Origin: Chrysomallon squamiferum
Taxonomy: Eukaryota > Animalia > Mollusca
Direction: 5' to 3'
Assembly (NCBI GenBank): GCA_012295275.1
Contig: CM022675.1
Span: 10,230,001-10,294,000 of the forward strand
DNA length: 64,000 nucleotides
Under the pieces are notes generated by a model. The model worked only from the letters and a program-made list of their open reading frames with translations. It was not told where the DNA came from and did not search any database. Position numbers and translations under genes: made by a program. Below, piece by piece: positions 14,403-27,483 of the stretch (positions within the stretch are counted from its first letter, which is position 1; every line of letters begins with the position of its first letter).

Positions 14403-14774
14403 AATGACAGACTGCATTCATTATTCACTGTTACCCTGAACAGCTGAATAAAAATGTTCTTCAGTTGTTAAGATGTTCATATTCAGGTTTGATAACTCTA
14501 GCTTACAATATAAATAATTAAAGACAGAACAGAATAATTTGAAATATTTATTTTGGAACAACTAAAAACTAATTAATAGTGAAACAAAGTTTTCGATATT
14601 GAAAGATTTCTTTATAATAACATGAACTTTAATTCTCAAATGAACTGTTCCAAAATGAACTGCCAGATTCATGCTTGAAACAGAGGTGAAAAACTGAAGT
14701 ACTATCTGAATGTGAACTGTTGAAACACAGTCAAAAATAAAGTCAAACTATCTGAATGTGAACTGCCAAAAAAT

Positions 14775-15350
14775 GTATGAAGTGAAGTGAAAATACTGAA
14801 GTACTATCTGAATGTGAACTGTTGTGTGTATGTATCAGTGAAGTGAAAATACTGAAGTACTTATCTGAATGTGAACTGTTGTGTGTATGTATCAGTGAAG
14901 TGAAAATACTGAAGTACTATCTGAATGTGAACTGTTGTGTGTATGTATCAGTGAAGTGAAAATACTGAAGTACTATCTGAATGTGAACTGTTGTGTGTAT
15001 GTATCAGTGAAGTGAAAATACTGAAGTACTATCTGAATGTGAACTGTTGTGTGTATGTATCAGTGAAGTGAAAATACTGAAGTACTATCTGAATGTGAAC
15101 TGTTGTGTGTATGTATCAGTGAAGTGAAAATACTGAAGTACTATCTGAATGTGAACTGTTGTGTGTATGTATCAGTGAAGTGAAAATACTGAAGTACTAT
15201 CTGAATGTGAACTGTTGTGTGTATGTATCAGTGAAGTGAAAATACTGAAGTACTATCTGAATGTGAACTGTTGTGTGTATGTATCAGTGAAGTGAAAATA
15301 CTGAAGTACTATCTGAATGTGAACTGTTGTGTGTATGTATCAGTGAAGTG
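14775..15350. repeat. 56-bp tandem repeat, ~10 copies, with degenerate precursors from ~14690
   Basis: gtgaagtgaaaatactgaagtactatctgaatgtgaactgttgtgtgtatgtatca at 14895, 14951, 15007 and onward. Confidence 0.95.
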
Positions 15351-15710
15351 TGGTATAAACAGTTATCAGGAGTGGACACTGATTAAACTAACTGATTAAA
15401 TAAAAATGAGAATTGTTCCTGTCATCTGAAACAAATGCAATATTACAGTAGCCTCCATAAACATGTGTTAAGTGTGCACATTAAGAAATATTATTATTTC
15501 AAAATCAGACCTTTCAGTTTTTTACACGTTGGCTGCTTGATTCATGGAATTTTGGTCTGCATTTGTCACAGAAGGTGACAGACTTGTTCAGCTGACAAAC
15601 ATCTTCCTGTCTCTTGTTTTGGCTGCCAAAATAGTTGAACAAACTGAATTTTTTATTTTGCCATCAACCCAACAGTTTGACTTCTGAGTTTAAATGACTG
15701 AAAAAAAAAA

Positions 15711-15741
<31 letters not shown>

Positions 15742-15850
15742 AAACAAACAAACAAATAATGGAATAATTTTAACTACATTAAATAAAATTAAAATATAAT
15801 AATAATAATGATAAAACTAAATTAAGATGACTCACAATATTAAATGTCAG

Positions 15851-16048
15851 TAACACATAGTAGAAATTACCTTGTGATAGCAGTTAACAAGTATGAGCAG
15901 TTGTAACATAAGAAAAGTGATAGAAATTACCTTGTAATAGCAGTTAACAAGTATCAGCAGTTGTAACATAAGAAAAGTGATAGAAATTACCTTGTGATAG
16001 CAGTTAACAAGTATGAGCAGTTGTAACAAGAAAAGTGATAGAAATTAG
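15851..16048. repeat. 60-bp tandem repeat, ~3 copies
   Basis: Lines starting at 15901 and 15961 are nearly identical. Confidence 0.9.
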
Positions 16049-16735
16049 TGTAAAAACAGCAATCTATGCCTTTAAAAATAACAGAAGCAGATTAACAAAT
16101 ATAGTAGCAGTTGTAATATAAGAAAAGTGATAGAAATTAGTGTAAAAACAGCAATCTAATATAAATGTCATAGAATAGTAGATGCAAAAATAGTAGTAGC
16201 TAATTAATGTAATAATATAATGTCATAGTATATAGTAGTAGCAATACTAATATAATGTCATAGTATAAGTAGTAGTAGCAGTACTGTAATGTCAAATAGT
16301 AGTAGTAGCAATATTAATATAATGTCATAGTATATAGTAGTAGCAGTTAAAGTAGTAGTAGTTGTAGTAATTAAAATAGTAGCAGTAGCAATAATAGTAG
16401 TAGTAGCAATGGTAGTAATACTAGTAGTTGTAGTAGTAGATGTATCAGAAGTAGTAAGTTATAATCACAGAAACTGTACTGACAGCAGCAGCAGCATTGG
16501 ATGTGGTAGCTGCAGTAGTTAATATTTATTATCAGTATTTGTTACCAGTGTATTTCAATCTGTAATTTCCTTATTTATGAACATAAAGTCATTTTCTATA
16601 TATAAATAAAAATAATACCCATAATTAAAACTAAAAAGAAAATTAATTGCATTACATTATTTTATTTTTATTTTTTATTTATTTTTTTGTTGTTGTTGTC
16701 TGGTATTTTTGTTATGATGATACTACTACTACTAC

Positions 16736-16802
<67 letters not shown>

Positions 16803-17204
16803 TTATTTTATTAAATTTTGTATTTTTAATATCATTACTCATTTCATTTATATATTAAGTTTTATATAATAATTATTGTGTTTACACTCAGCTGTTTATA
16901 CATATATAAGCAAAAGCCAGACATCAAACCTCTAATAATGAAAACAAAAACATCAACAAAATTAGTTTATTAAAAAATAAAAAGCCGCTGCAAACACACT
17001 GAAGAACAGTAACACTCAAATGTTATACTAAATAATCGAAAATATTAAATAAATATGTAATTTTTTTTTTTTTTTAAATTAGATTTTTTTTTTTTAAATT
17101 AATAAATCACAGAGAAAATTATAATACAAACCTGTTAACGTTTCACCAGAAATACCTCCGCACCAAGAACGGACAAAGATGTGAACATTTCTAATATTCT
17201 TTTA

Positions 17205-17236
<32 letters not shown>

Positions 17237-17418
17237 CATGTGTGTGTGTTGTGTGTTAGGAAAGAAAAATATTTTTTTACGAAGTTCTGAAGGGAATAAT
17301 TATTAGAATACATACGGCGGATGAATACATAATTGTTTACATTAGTCTGAAACGTTCGAATCGGTTTGTTTGTACGGATACGATTATTATAAGAAGTAAA
17401 CAAACAGACGCGGGTAAG

Positions 17419-18978
17419 ATGCCGGGGTCAGTTCTGCTCGTTTTAATCTGTGTGCTATGGACGTCGTCATCGCCGTCAGCTGTGTGCTCCACGACGTTCG
17501 AACACAATGTCAAGTGCGAGCCTATTACGAAATCCACGTGCTCGGACGTAGGGTACAACATGACTCGAATGCCCAATCTGGTTGGAGACAGGAGGCTGTA
17601 TGAAGCAAATCTTCGGGTACAACTATATTTTCATCTTGTTCAGTTTGGATGTTCACCATTATTGAAGTTTTTCCTGTGCTCAATGTATGTTCCGATGTGC
17701 ACTGAATTTGACGAAGTGACGTTTACCATTTCGCCTTGTCGTTCTCTGTGTCTCGAGGTAAAGTCAAAGTGTGAACCCATTCTCAACAAATTTCATTTTT
17801 CCTGGCCGGATCCTTTATCGTGCGAGAAGCTGCCAGAGTCTGGAAATGTCTCTAGCACTCTGTGCATAGAGCCGCCCAATATAACTCAAGAAGTGAACAC
17901 TAGTCTCATGGATCCAGAGATGAAAAAAGACTTCGAGTCTTTGATAAAATCAACATCTGAGACGTCTGACACCAAGCACAACGACATCTGTCCAGCCAGG
18001 TTCGTTCACATAAGTCACCTTCAAGCAAATAAATCGTGTGCGCCTCGTTGTGACGTCGACGTGTATTTCAGTCAGTCAGATAAAGTGTATTTCCGGCTGT
18101 GTATGGTGAGCTGGGCATTCTTGTGTTGTATTTGTTCTACGCTTACTGTACTTACCTTTGTTATGGATAACTCAAGATTCAAATACCCCGAAAGACCAGT
18201 TATATTTATGGCGATATGTTATGCTGTGTATTCTATGGCTGTCATGGTCAGTATAATAAATGGAGTGGATGGAGTATCGTGCGCTAGAAGACAGGATGGT
18301 CGAATGTTTCTCATTCAGGCAGGGATCGAGAGCACGCGCTGTAACATACTGTTTATTTTACTCTACTATTTCAGGATGGCAACTTCCATCTGGTGGGTCA
18401 TCCTGACACTGTGTTGGTTTTTGTCAGCAAACAAGAAATGGGGACAAGAAGCAATAAAGTCTTGCAGTGGTTATTTCCACCTAGCTTCTTGGATCATTCC
18501 TGCAGTTATGACTATCACCATAGTGACAATGAGAAGAGTTGAGGGCAATGAACTTACAGGACTATGTCAAGTGTCAGTTGATGACATCACAGCTGAGACT
18601 GTCTTTGTTTTAACACCTCAAATCTTGTTCGTTGTTGTCGGTACTGGACTCATTCTGTCAGGATTTGTTTCTTTATTTCGCGCTAAAATTATTTTAAAAG
18701 AGAACGGATTATATATTAAAAAATTGGAAGTGTTGATGACCAAGATGGGCATTTTTACCGCAGTATATGTTACTGCTGCTGTATGTGTTATCGGATGTCT
18801 GTGGTATGAAATGATTAACTTCGGCGAGTGGACAGCCCAGGCTATGGACAAACCTTGTGTTAGTTATTACGACTGTTCCTTGGACCAGTCTATTCCAGCA
18901 GTGGAGATCTACGTGTTGCAGATCATCATGTCTCTCGCAGGTGGCGCTGCATCCAGTTTGTGGCTGCTGAATGAATGA
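17419..18978 (+). CDS. fz9/10: Frizzled-9/10-like 7TM Wnt receptor, 519 aa, intronless, C-terminal tail absent
   Basis: Signal peptide; 10-Cys CRD (CEPI..YNMTRMPNL..GCS..FFLCSMYVPMCTE..WPDPLSC); linker CAPRCDVDVYF; RFKYPERPVIF; YYFRMATSIWWVILTLCWFLSA..KWGQEAI; MRRVEGNELTGLC; SIPAVEI. These motifs match the FZD9/10 subfamily best. Confidence 0.93.
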   Translation: MPGSVLLVLICVLWTSSSPSAVCSTTFEHNVKCEPITKSTCSDVGYNMTRMPNLVGDRRLYEANLRVQLYFHLVQFGCSPLLKFFLCSMYVPMCTEFDEVTFTISPCRSLCLEVKSKCEPILNKFHFSWPDPLSCEKLPESGNVSSTLCIEPPNITQEVNTSLMDPEMKKDFESLIKSTSETSDTKHNDICPARFVHISHLQANKSCAPRCDVDVYFSQSDKVYFRLCMVSWAFLCCICSTLTVLTFVMDNSRFKYPERPVIFMAICYAVYSMAVMVSIINGVDGVSCARRQDGRMFLIQAGIESTRCNILFILLYYFRMATSIWWVILTLCWFLSANKKWGQEAIKSCSGYFHLASWIIPAVMTITIVTMRRVEGNELTGLCQVSVDDITAETVFVLTPQILFVVVGTGLILSGFVSLFRAKIILKENGLYIKKLEVLMTKMGIFTAVYVTAAVCVIGCLWYEMINFGEWTAQAMDKPCVSYYDCSLDQSIPAVEIYVLQIIMSLAGGAASSLWLLNE

Positions 18979-19014
18979 AAATGGCTTTTTATCCCACAAA
19001 AACCGCAGACCAAG

Positions 19015-19200
19015 TGTGAGCTGTCATAGTATCAGTTACAAAACAACAGTGTGGAAAGGTCATTTTTCATACAACAGTTACAAAAAAACGCTGTCATAGC
19101 AACAGTTACAAAACAACAGAGTGTGAGCTGTCATAGCAACAGTTACAAAACAACAGAGTGTGAGCTGTCATAGCAACAGTTACAAAACAACAGAAGCTGT
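19015..19200. repeat. 37-bp tandem repeat, ~5 degenerate copies, just after the Frizzled stop
   Basis: gtgtgagctgtcatagcaacagttacaaaacaacaga at 19121 and 19158, related copies from 19015. Confidence 0.85.
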
Positions 19201-20470
19201 GTTAATTCTAACAACAGTGTTTTCAAAAATGTCAAAAAAGTGTTAATTGTAGATCATTTTTATTACAAAATGTCAAAATAATTAATTTGTTATTATTATT
19301 TTATTATTATTATTATTATTATTATTTTATTTTTTATTATTTTGTTATTATCTGCTTCCTTTTTCCTTTTTTATTTATGTATGTGTGAATATAGATAATA
19401 GTTATTTGTGGTGGATGTTTCTCTGTTACTGTTTTTTAATTATTATTATTATTATTTGTTTATGTAACTAATTATATCTGTATGTTTAACATTTGAGTTG
19501 ACAATGGATAAATAAAATGTGTTATTAGCTCAAAACTACTACCTGAACAAAGTTAAACTTATTAATGTAACTTAATGAGTCTATCAAAATTATCATGTTC
19601 AAAAGTGATCAAATACTTTTCCCTGAAATCATATTTAAATACATTTATATATTTTTGAAAATCATTAAAAAATCAGGTATATAAAATAACATAAAAAAAA
19701 AAAATTCAGTATAAAATAATAATTAAGAAATTTATTCTATAATTAGAAAAAGAAGATAATTATTACTAAATGTTTTGAGTAGTGTTTTTCTTTTCTTACT
19801 TACTGTCACATTCACTGAATTTTTTTACAACTCTGATTTTATTTTTATTATCATCATCATTATTTTCATTTTTATCATTATTATTATTATTATTGTTATG
19901 TTTTACTTTATTATTATTTTTATTATTTAATATGTTTAGATATGCTAAATTTTAATAAGATGTGACTTTTTATTTTACCTTAGTTTTGTTTGTTTTTAAT
20001 TACATTCTTGATAATACAGAATTTTGCCATAAAATTCTCAATCTGATGAGAAATGGTAGTTTGAAAGGTTGTTATGTTTTATTTTCTTTGTTTAAAATTC
20101 ATTTGTTTGTTTTCTAATTTGATTGAAAATTTTGTCTATTATATGTTCAAGATGGCATTTTTAAAATATATTAATTTTACTTTATTCGTTGATACTAGGC
20201 TGTGTGAATAATTTACTTTATAAAGCTGTTTTAATGTTTTTAAGATGTATCTTTGACAATACATGAGTAAAATATGGATGGCATCCATATTGTTTGGAAA
20301 CTTTTGACCAGCATTGTATCAGCTAATTATGTCTAGTGAATATTCAATACTATATGCATTTCTTGGTTCCTTACTTTTTATTTTTTGTAAATAGTATTTT
20401 ATTTTCTTATCTGGAATGTGATAAAATGTACTTACTATTTAACATTTCCTAGATTTGTGCATGGTGTGTG

Positions 20471-20526
<56 letters not shown>

Positions 20527-20716
20527 CTGGGGGAAGGGAGGGACAGAGGGAGGGAGAGAGAGAGAGTTGTTCATATTCTGTGAACTCTCTGAATTTACCT
20601 CTGTGTGTCTGTGCATTAGATGTGCATGTGTTGGTGAGGCAGGGTGTGTCTGCATGTGTAAACAACTTACATTCAGATGTCATTAACAGTCAGTACTTAA
20701 ATATTTAATAATTTTA

Positions 20717-20773
<57 letters not shown>

Positions 20774-21879
20774 GAACTTTTTGTTTTCTTGAAAGTTCTC
20801 TTTTTAATGATAAATGTTTGCAATATTTGGGTTACAGCAGTTTTGAAATCAACATTAAAAGTCTTCATATATAAATGTTAATTCTGTTACTGAATTATTC
20901 TGAGTAACAAATATCAATGTTTTAAACAGAACATGTTGATTTGGTGGGGGTTTTGTTTTGTTTTGTTTTCTTTTTTAAGTTTTAAAATATAATAAATATG
21001 TGTAATACATAAGATTAATTAAGTTGTATGAAATACAAATTTAAGAACTTAATTAATGTTTCATTTAATAAAATAATGTTAAAATAATGTTTTTGGTATA
21101 AAATAAGCCTAAAATAATTTATTGTAAATTTCTAGCAATATTTCATTTATGTTATTTTTCTCTTTTAAATGAAAATATTTAAATTGATTTAACAATTTTT
21201 TTCCTCTTTCATATTCTTTTCTTGTTCCATTTCAGTCATTTTTATTTTAAATTAACAGATATTTTTGTCCATCTTTCAACTGTTTAAACATGGTTGTGAA
21301 ATACGCACATGAATGCTCAGTAATAATTTTCAGTATTTTTTATTTGTTTCTCGTTTTTGCATCAAGGTATGATGTTAAGTTTTGTATGGGAAAATAATTT
21401 TTTTTTTTTTTTTTGCATTTTCATTTTTGTTTTTGTTAAAAATAAATGATTAGAGAAAATATTTGTGTTGTTGTTTTTTCTCTTATTGTCTCAATATTTC
21501 ATAGTGTATATTTTAGAATGTTTCCTGTTACAGCTAATATCTTCATTTATCAAAAACTATGCTGTTTTACCAGCCACTGGAAATATTAATGTGAGATAAT
21601 GTTTGCCACATTGTAAATTTGTTTTTAAGATCCCCATGCACACACAAACTCAAATTAATCCATAAAATAAAACAATTCCTGTAAACTGCTCACGTTAAAA
21701 AATTAATATATTAAAAATAAATAAATAAATAAATAAAACATAAAATATCACTAATGCATAATAAATTTCATATTCAGTATGTTTTAAACACATTCAGATT
21801 CATGATGTGTTATTTACAATCAAAATTAACATCTTTCATTACAGATTACAAGCTGGTGAAGTAGTTTTCAGACCACTGG

Positions 21880-22380
21880 GAATTTGCTGTAGTAATCAGC
21901 TGTGTTTAGATACTGTGCTCATTTGTCAAGGGTAGCTTGGCACACTGTGTGGAAACAAGGTTTCCCTGGCTCCTGTTTTGAAAGCTGTCTGCATGTTTTA
22001 CATGAGGCAGTCATCTCTTTACTAGCTACCAGGCCAGAACAAGCAATATTTAGCCGTCAGCTGGCATTTCTCAGACCCAAGATGTTGTTGTGGATGATTT
22101 TAAACATCTAAGGACGCAGTTTGTCTGGGATTACTGGACAGTGTCCCTTCAAGGCCAAGCTCTTCTCGACATTTAAATCTTCTCTCAGAGTCCAGTATTC
22201 ATTCCAATCGGGCGGACAGACACTGCTATATTCTGGCCAAGCACAGTGTATCATTTCCTTTAAATCTTACTCTGACAATCTGAGCAGGAGACGCTGTAAT
22301 CTGGGAGATGCAAAGCTGTTTTTCCAAATGCTCTCAAATGGCTCATGGTCAGTTTCCACTATGATACGCTTACCATAGAC
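21880..22380 (-). mobile_element. Gypsy LTR-retrotransposon pol remnant (RNase H end joined to integrase zinc-binding region; K02A2.6/Mag-like)
   Basis: Manual minus-strand translation: YGKRIIVETDHEPFESIWK..SPRLQRLLLRLSE*DLKEMIHCAWP..YWTLREDLNVE..VIPDKLRP*MFKIIH..EKCQLTAKYCLFWPG..SCKTC, with stops, frameshifts and an internal deletion. Confidence 0.8.
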
Positions 22381-22979
22381 ATAATTGTTAACATGTTTGT
22401 GGTGTGAATGTATGTTTGTGTGTATGTATGTGTGAGAGTGTGTGTGTGTGTGTTTGGAAGTCTGGTATATATGTATGGATGTTTTTCTGTGTATGACTGT
22501 GTGTATGGTATAAGATATATGTGTGGTATAAGTATATGTATATATGTGTGTGTGTGTGTGTGGAAGTCTGGTATATATGTATGCATGTTTTTGTGTGTAT
22601 AATTGTTTGTATGGTATAAGCTATATTTATATATGTGTGTGTTTGGAGTGTTTGGAGTGTGTGTGTGTGTGTGATGAAATAAAATGTCAGAATAAAATAA
22701 ATAATAGTTTACAACTGGAGCAAAGTTTAAACAAAACTTCAGCATGTTACACTAAACAACCAAATAATGTTTTAAAACTTTTATTAAGAAAATATAACAA
22801 AATTAAAAAAGAATAAAAAGCAGTCTTCTAGTAATTACATTTCAGTAATTACATTTCAGTACAATCACAGGAAAATTAAAACAGATGAAGCCAGTACATC
22901 CAGTACTTATGGTATGATAATGAAAAATGATCTAAATTAAATACTTAAAAAATAATAATTTAATCTGAAACCAGAGAAA

Positions 22980-24420
22980 CGTTTAATCCAAAAACTTCAC
23001 ACAATTCTTAATGATTTGATAATTAATATTAATTTATACCAAATCTTCAGAGAAAAGTTTAATCCAAAAACTTGTACTTAATAACAAAATTACATGATGA
23101 AAAAATTAAAAATAAATACAAAAAAAGAATTCACAGAATTCTTAATTTGATAATTAATATTAATTTATACCAAATCTTCAGAGAAAAGTTTAATCCAAAA
23201 ACTTATACCTAATAACAAAATTACATGATAAAAAATTTGAAAAAAAATGAAAAGAATTCACATAATTCTTAATGATTTGATAATTAATATTAATTTATAC
23301 CAAATCTTCAAACAAAAATTTAATCCAAAAACTCATACTCAGTAACAAAATTAAAAAATACTTTTTATATATTAAGATATGTATGTAAAGAAACAAACAT
23401 TACATACCTAAAAGAAAAATAATCTCATCTTTTTCTTTTCAAAACTTTAAAAAAAAAAAAGAATTCACAGAATTCTTAATGATTTGATAATTAATATTAA
23501 TTTATACCAAATCTTCAAACAAAAGTTTAATCCAAAAAATTGTACTTAGCAACAAATTTACATGAAGAAAAAATAAAATAGGAAACAAAAAAAGAATTCA
23601 GAAAATTCTTAATGATTTGATAAATAATATTAATTTATACCAAATCTTCTAAAACAGAAAAGTTTAATCCAAAAACTCATACTTAGTAACAAAATTAAAA
23701 AATATTTTTTATATATTAAAATATGTATGTAAAGAAACAAACACTGCATAACTAAATGAAAAATATTCTCACTTTTTCTTTTCAAAATAAAAAAATAATT
23801 ACAGAATTCTTAAGGATTTAATAATTAATAGATGTTTATACTAATCATCTTACTCTGATTGCCTTTACTCATGAAATAAAAAAACATTTAAAAAAAAAAA
23901 ATATATATATACACATTTACCAAATCTTCTAAACCAGAAAAGTTTAATCTGAAATCATTTTTTTTTTTTTTAACTGTAAAAAGAAAAGTAAATAAAATAA
24001 TAAATTTTAAAGAAAGACAAAAAAACAAAACACCACTTTACAAAAGAAAAGAAAATGTAATCAAAAGCTGTTTCTTTTTAATAATGTAAAATAACAAAAG
24101 AGAAATTAAAAAGGTGAAAACAATAGTTGTCTGGTATATTTTAAAACTTACACGAGGAAAAAATAAAACAAAAAAATCCACTAAAGAATTCATAGAATTC
24201 TTAATGATTTGATAATATTAATTTATACTGATCATTTTACTCTTTGATTAACTTTGCTCATGACATAAAAATTTAATATATATTTAAAAAAAAAAAAATA
24301 TTTTATTTACTTGTCAAAGACAAGCAAATAAAATAATAAATTAAAAAAAAAAAAACAAAAAAAACACCAATAACTTTACAAAAGAAATAAAATGTAATCA
24401 AAAGCCCTTTCTTTTAATAA
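22980..24420. repeat. Irregular AT-rich local duplications between the convergent genes
   Basis: aattcttaatgatttgataattaatattaatttataccaaatcttc recurs about 6-7 times at irregular spacing. Confidence 0.8.
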
Positions 24421-24687
24421 TGTAATAAAATAAAGGAGAAATAATCCCTGTTATTAAACAATTTGCAATCAGATCTGGAGATGATATATATATATATATA
24501 TTCAAATCAACAAAAATGGTGTACACTGCTTGGCAAATACAATTTTTGAGAAACTGGAAGAAAACAGAATTTCCATATATATATATATTAACAAACATAT
24601 ATTAGCAACTAAGACTACAGTGTTTTTTTTGTTGATAAGTCAAATTGCTATCTGTCCAGTTTTAAGTTTCTTCTTACACATTTCTCT

Positions 24688-26610
24688 TCACAGTGATGTC
24701 TCTACTTCTATTTTACTGGGTTTATTTTTGTAAGTTAACCACAAACTTTTAATTACATCAGAAAAGAGAATTTCACTTGTGTTTTTCACAATCAGTCTCA
24801 GAACAAAGACTCCGTCGTCATGGAGATACTGATCAGCAAATTTCTTTGCCAGCATTTCATCATATTCTGTGTGAATTTCACCAATCTCCTTCAGATGTTT
24901 CTTCACAAACTTCCTGCGATTGTGCTGTACAAAAAGTAGCTGAAACCAGACGAGTGAATTCCACACTGTTACCACGGAGACAAGGAAAAGCCAAAACCAG
25001 AGAAAGATGAAGATGTTTTCATTGAAGAGGTTGTAAGGCAGGACACACTGCACTGTTTGTCTCTCTACATTAGTCATCTGGCGAATGTCAAAGTCACAGA
25101 GGGTGATTTTTGGAAAACGTTTCGATTCAGTCCACGAATGATCATTTATCAAGCCCGACACGATTTCTAAACCATACACGCTGTACCATTCTCCAAGAAA
25201 AGCATTCAGAAGGAAAAACTGGCCCACGACATTTGCAACGTACAGAAGCTTTATGAACATGTAGAGTCCAGTTAGATACCTCCCTGCGTGTTTCTGCCAG
25301 AGAAACACGAAACATTTAGACAAGTGCTGAAGAAAACTCTTTTTTTGTAGCTTTTCTTTATCTCCAGCCACCTGCTCATGTACTGTACCACTCGCTTTGT
25401 TGTCTCGTCTCTCTTCTCAGCTGAACTCAGCTGCAGCTCTGTGATGATGTTCACAACCTGCTCCAAACTGATTCCACTATTTGTATTCAGCAGACGCCAT
25501 ATGACAGCAGGCAGCTTGAAGAGGAAAGCCATGAACAAGAGAATGACAGGCACCCACTGGTAGTAGGGCAGGTGTCGCTCCTCTCTCTCAGAGTGCTTGT
25601 CTGGGATTCCTTCGTGTATCGGGACGTAGTACGTGCCATTCACCCAGCAGAATGATTTAGTAAACGCGACCATGGACGCTGTGAACTGAGCTGGACACCA
25701 GCAGTCTATAGGACTGCCAAAAAACTGTCCTCCACTGATGAAAACAGAGAAGAGAGCCAGCAACACAACAGTGTACAGATGATTGAACCGGTCCACCCAG
25801 TCATCATCCTTACTTGAGCTGAGCTTGGAGAATGTCGCAAAGCCTCCCAGAATAGAGCTCACACTGAAATAATTTCAATATATAATAAAATAAATAAAAG
25901 AATAAAAAGAGATATATGTTTTAAATTTAACAACTAGAGTTTCTAACTTAATCTAAAATGTTTTTCTTAAATAAAATATTTTTGATATTTATTTCTTGTA
26001 TCATTTCAAGCAACAATGGTTAAGAACATCAACTCAATAGGTTTTGCAAAAGTTATAACAACATATTTATACACACATTTATATGTATATAAAATTTGTT
26101 CTCTGGTTTGTTATTAGGTGACAAAGATGCAGGAATAAACCTGAAATACCAAAGTGATGAGAAAATGCTTCCAGATTCTTGGTTACAGAAACACATTTCA
26201 AAATGAAGAATTAATCCAAACTACTTAACATATCACACATCTGAAATCATTAACCTATTTTACAGTCCTGAAACCTTGTTTGAATGTGATTGTACCTCAC
26301 TGCTATTTTTGTTTTTTAATAAACAAGCAAGAGTGTTAAAACTGTGTGTATGAAGACAAAACAAACAAGAGAGAGTGTTAAATGAAAACTGTGGAGACAA
26401 AACAAAAAAGCCTTTTATGGGCCTCAGTACTTAGATATAACTTCCTTTTCACCACCTGTCAGATTGCTTCCCTTTAATTTGTATTTTACTCAACTTATTC
26501 TAAAACGCTTTATATTAATTTTCCAAATATTTTTATTTTCTGACGACTAAAATAATGGAAAATAAAAAATAAAAATTTAGAAAAAAATAAAAATTTAATA
26601 CTTACGACAT
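24688..26610 (-). CDS. Innexin (gap-junction protein): coding exon 1 26610-26606, exon 2 25863-24688, one frameshift near 25340
   Basis: DDDWVDRFNHLYT, GSPIDCWCPAQFT, YYQWVPVILLFMAFLFKLP, GRYLTGLYMFIKLLY..GQFFLLNAFLG, RFPKITLCDFDIRQ..TVQCVLPYNLFNENIFIFLWFW, DDGVFVLRLI are innexin motifs. ATG TC|gtaagt (26610-26606) splices in phase to ttcag|T GTG AGC (25863), giving MSVSSILGGF. Confidence 0.92.
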
Positions 26611-27230
26611 GACTCTTATTTCAGCTTATAACACTTTCTGTTGATTCCGTTTTAACTGAAATAATTTAACATCAAAAATACATTAACAAACGTTCATTAT
26701 AACAAAAGCTCAAAGCATGGGACATGGTAACAAAAATGTATTATAATTTATTATCCTTTATTAAATGTATGTCGAAAATAAATAGTGTACGTTAACAGGT
26801 TTAAGGTTAAAATATTATTTCGAAGACACTTTTATTATTTATCCATCTCAAACTGTAAAATCTGAAATAACTTATTTAAAAAAAAAAAACCCCAAAACCC
26901 CCAAAACCCCAAAAAAAAAACAACTATATTGATATAGTAATTATAATTAGCACTTTTAAAGTTGTTGGTGACTAATTTTGTTTTACTGAAATTTTCCTCG
27001 CCAGTTTTTTATTAATTCATCTATTAAAAGACCCCAAAAGAGACATTCATTGATTTACCACGGATACAAAAGTTAAAACTGAACATGTTTTGGAAAATCA
27101 TCAGCGAGATTTCAGCTCAAAAAGTAGTTTTTCAACCTACCTTCGATCGACACAGTTATTTGCGCTCCGGTATCGCCATGAGACTTTTTCGCACATGCGC
27201 AGTTGACACACTCGTAGGGATTACGTCAGC
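26606..27230 (-). promoter_or_regulatory. Innexin 5'UTR exons and putative promoter
   Basis: Acceptor ttcag before 26655 defines a 50-nt exon containing the ATG. Upstream donor gaag|gtaggt at ~27141/27140. NRF1-like gcacatgcgc (27191-27200) and CRE-like ttacgtca (27221-27228) in a CpG-rich patch. Confidence 0.5.
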
Positions 27231-27483
27231 TTTTGTATTACATACCACAAGTTAAACGAGGCTTTTAACTTACTAATTAGATTAATAATTAATTTCTGTA
27301 CAAAATGATCTGAATAAAATATCCGATTGCAATATACATATTACATACATACCATGGCCGTAACTACACTGAAGAAAAATAATTTTGTATCTGTATAAAT
27401 GAACTGTCTATTGTTTTACGTAATTTTTTGTTTCTATTAATTAATTAATTTATTATTATTATTATTATTTCTTCTTAAGGGAA

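Noticed and set aside
18618-18999. Antisense ORFs over Frizzled (and 24777-25563 over the innexin)
   Set aside because: Shadow ORFs of real coding sequence.
20285-20320. Tc1-like terminal sequence (aaacttttgaccagcattgta); another at ~30531-30566
   Set aside because: Short, unpaired ends with no matching partner or internal sequence.
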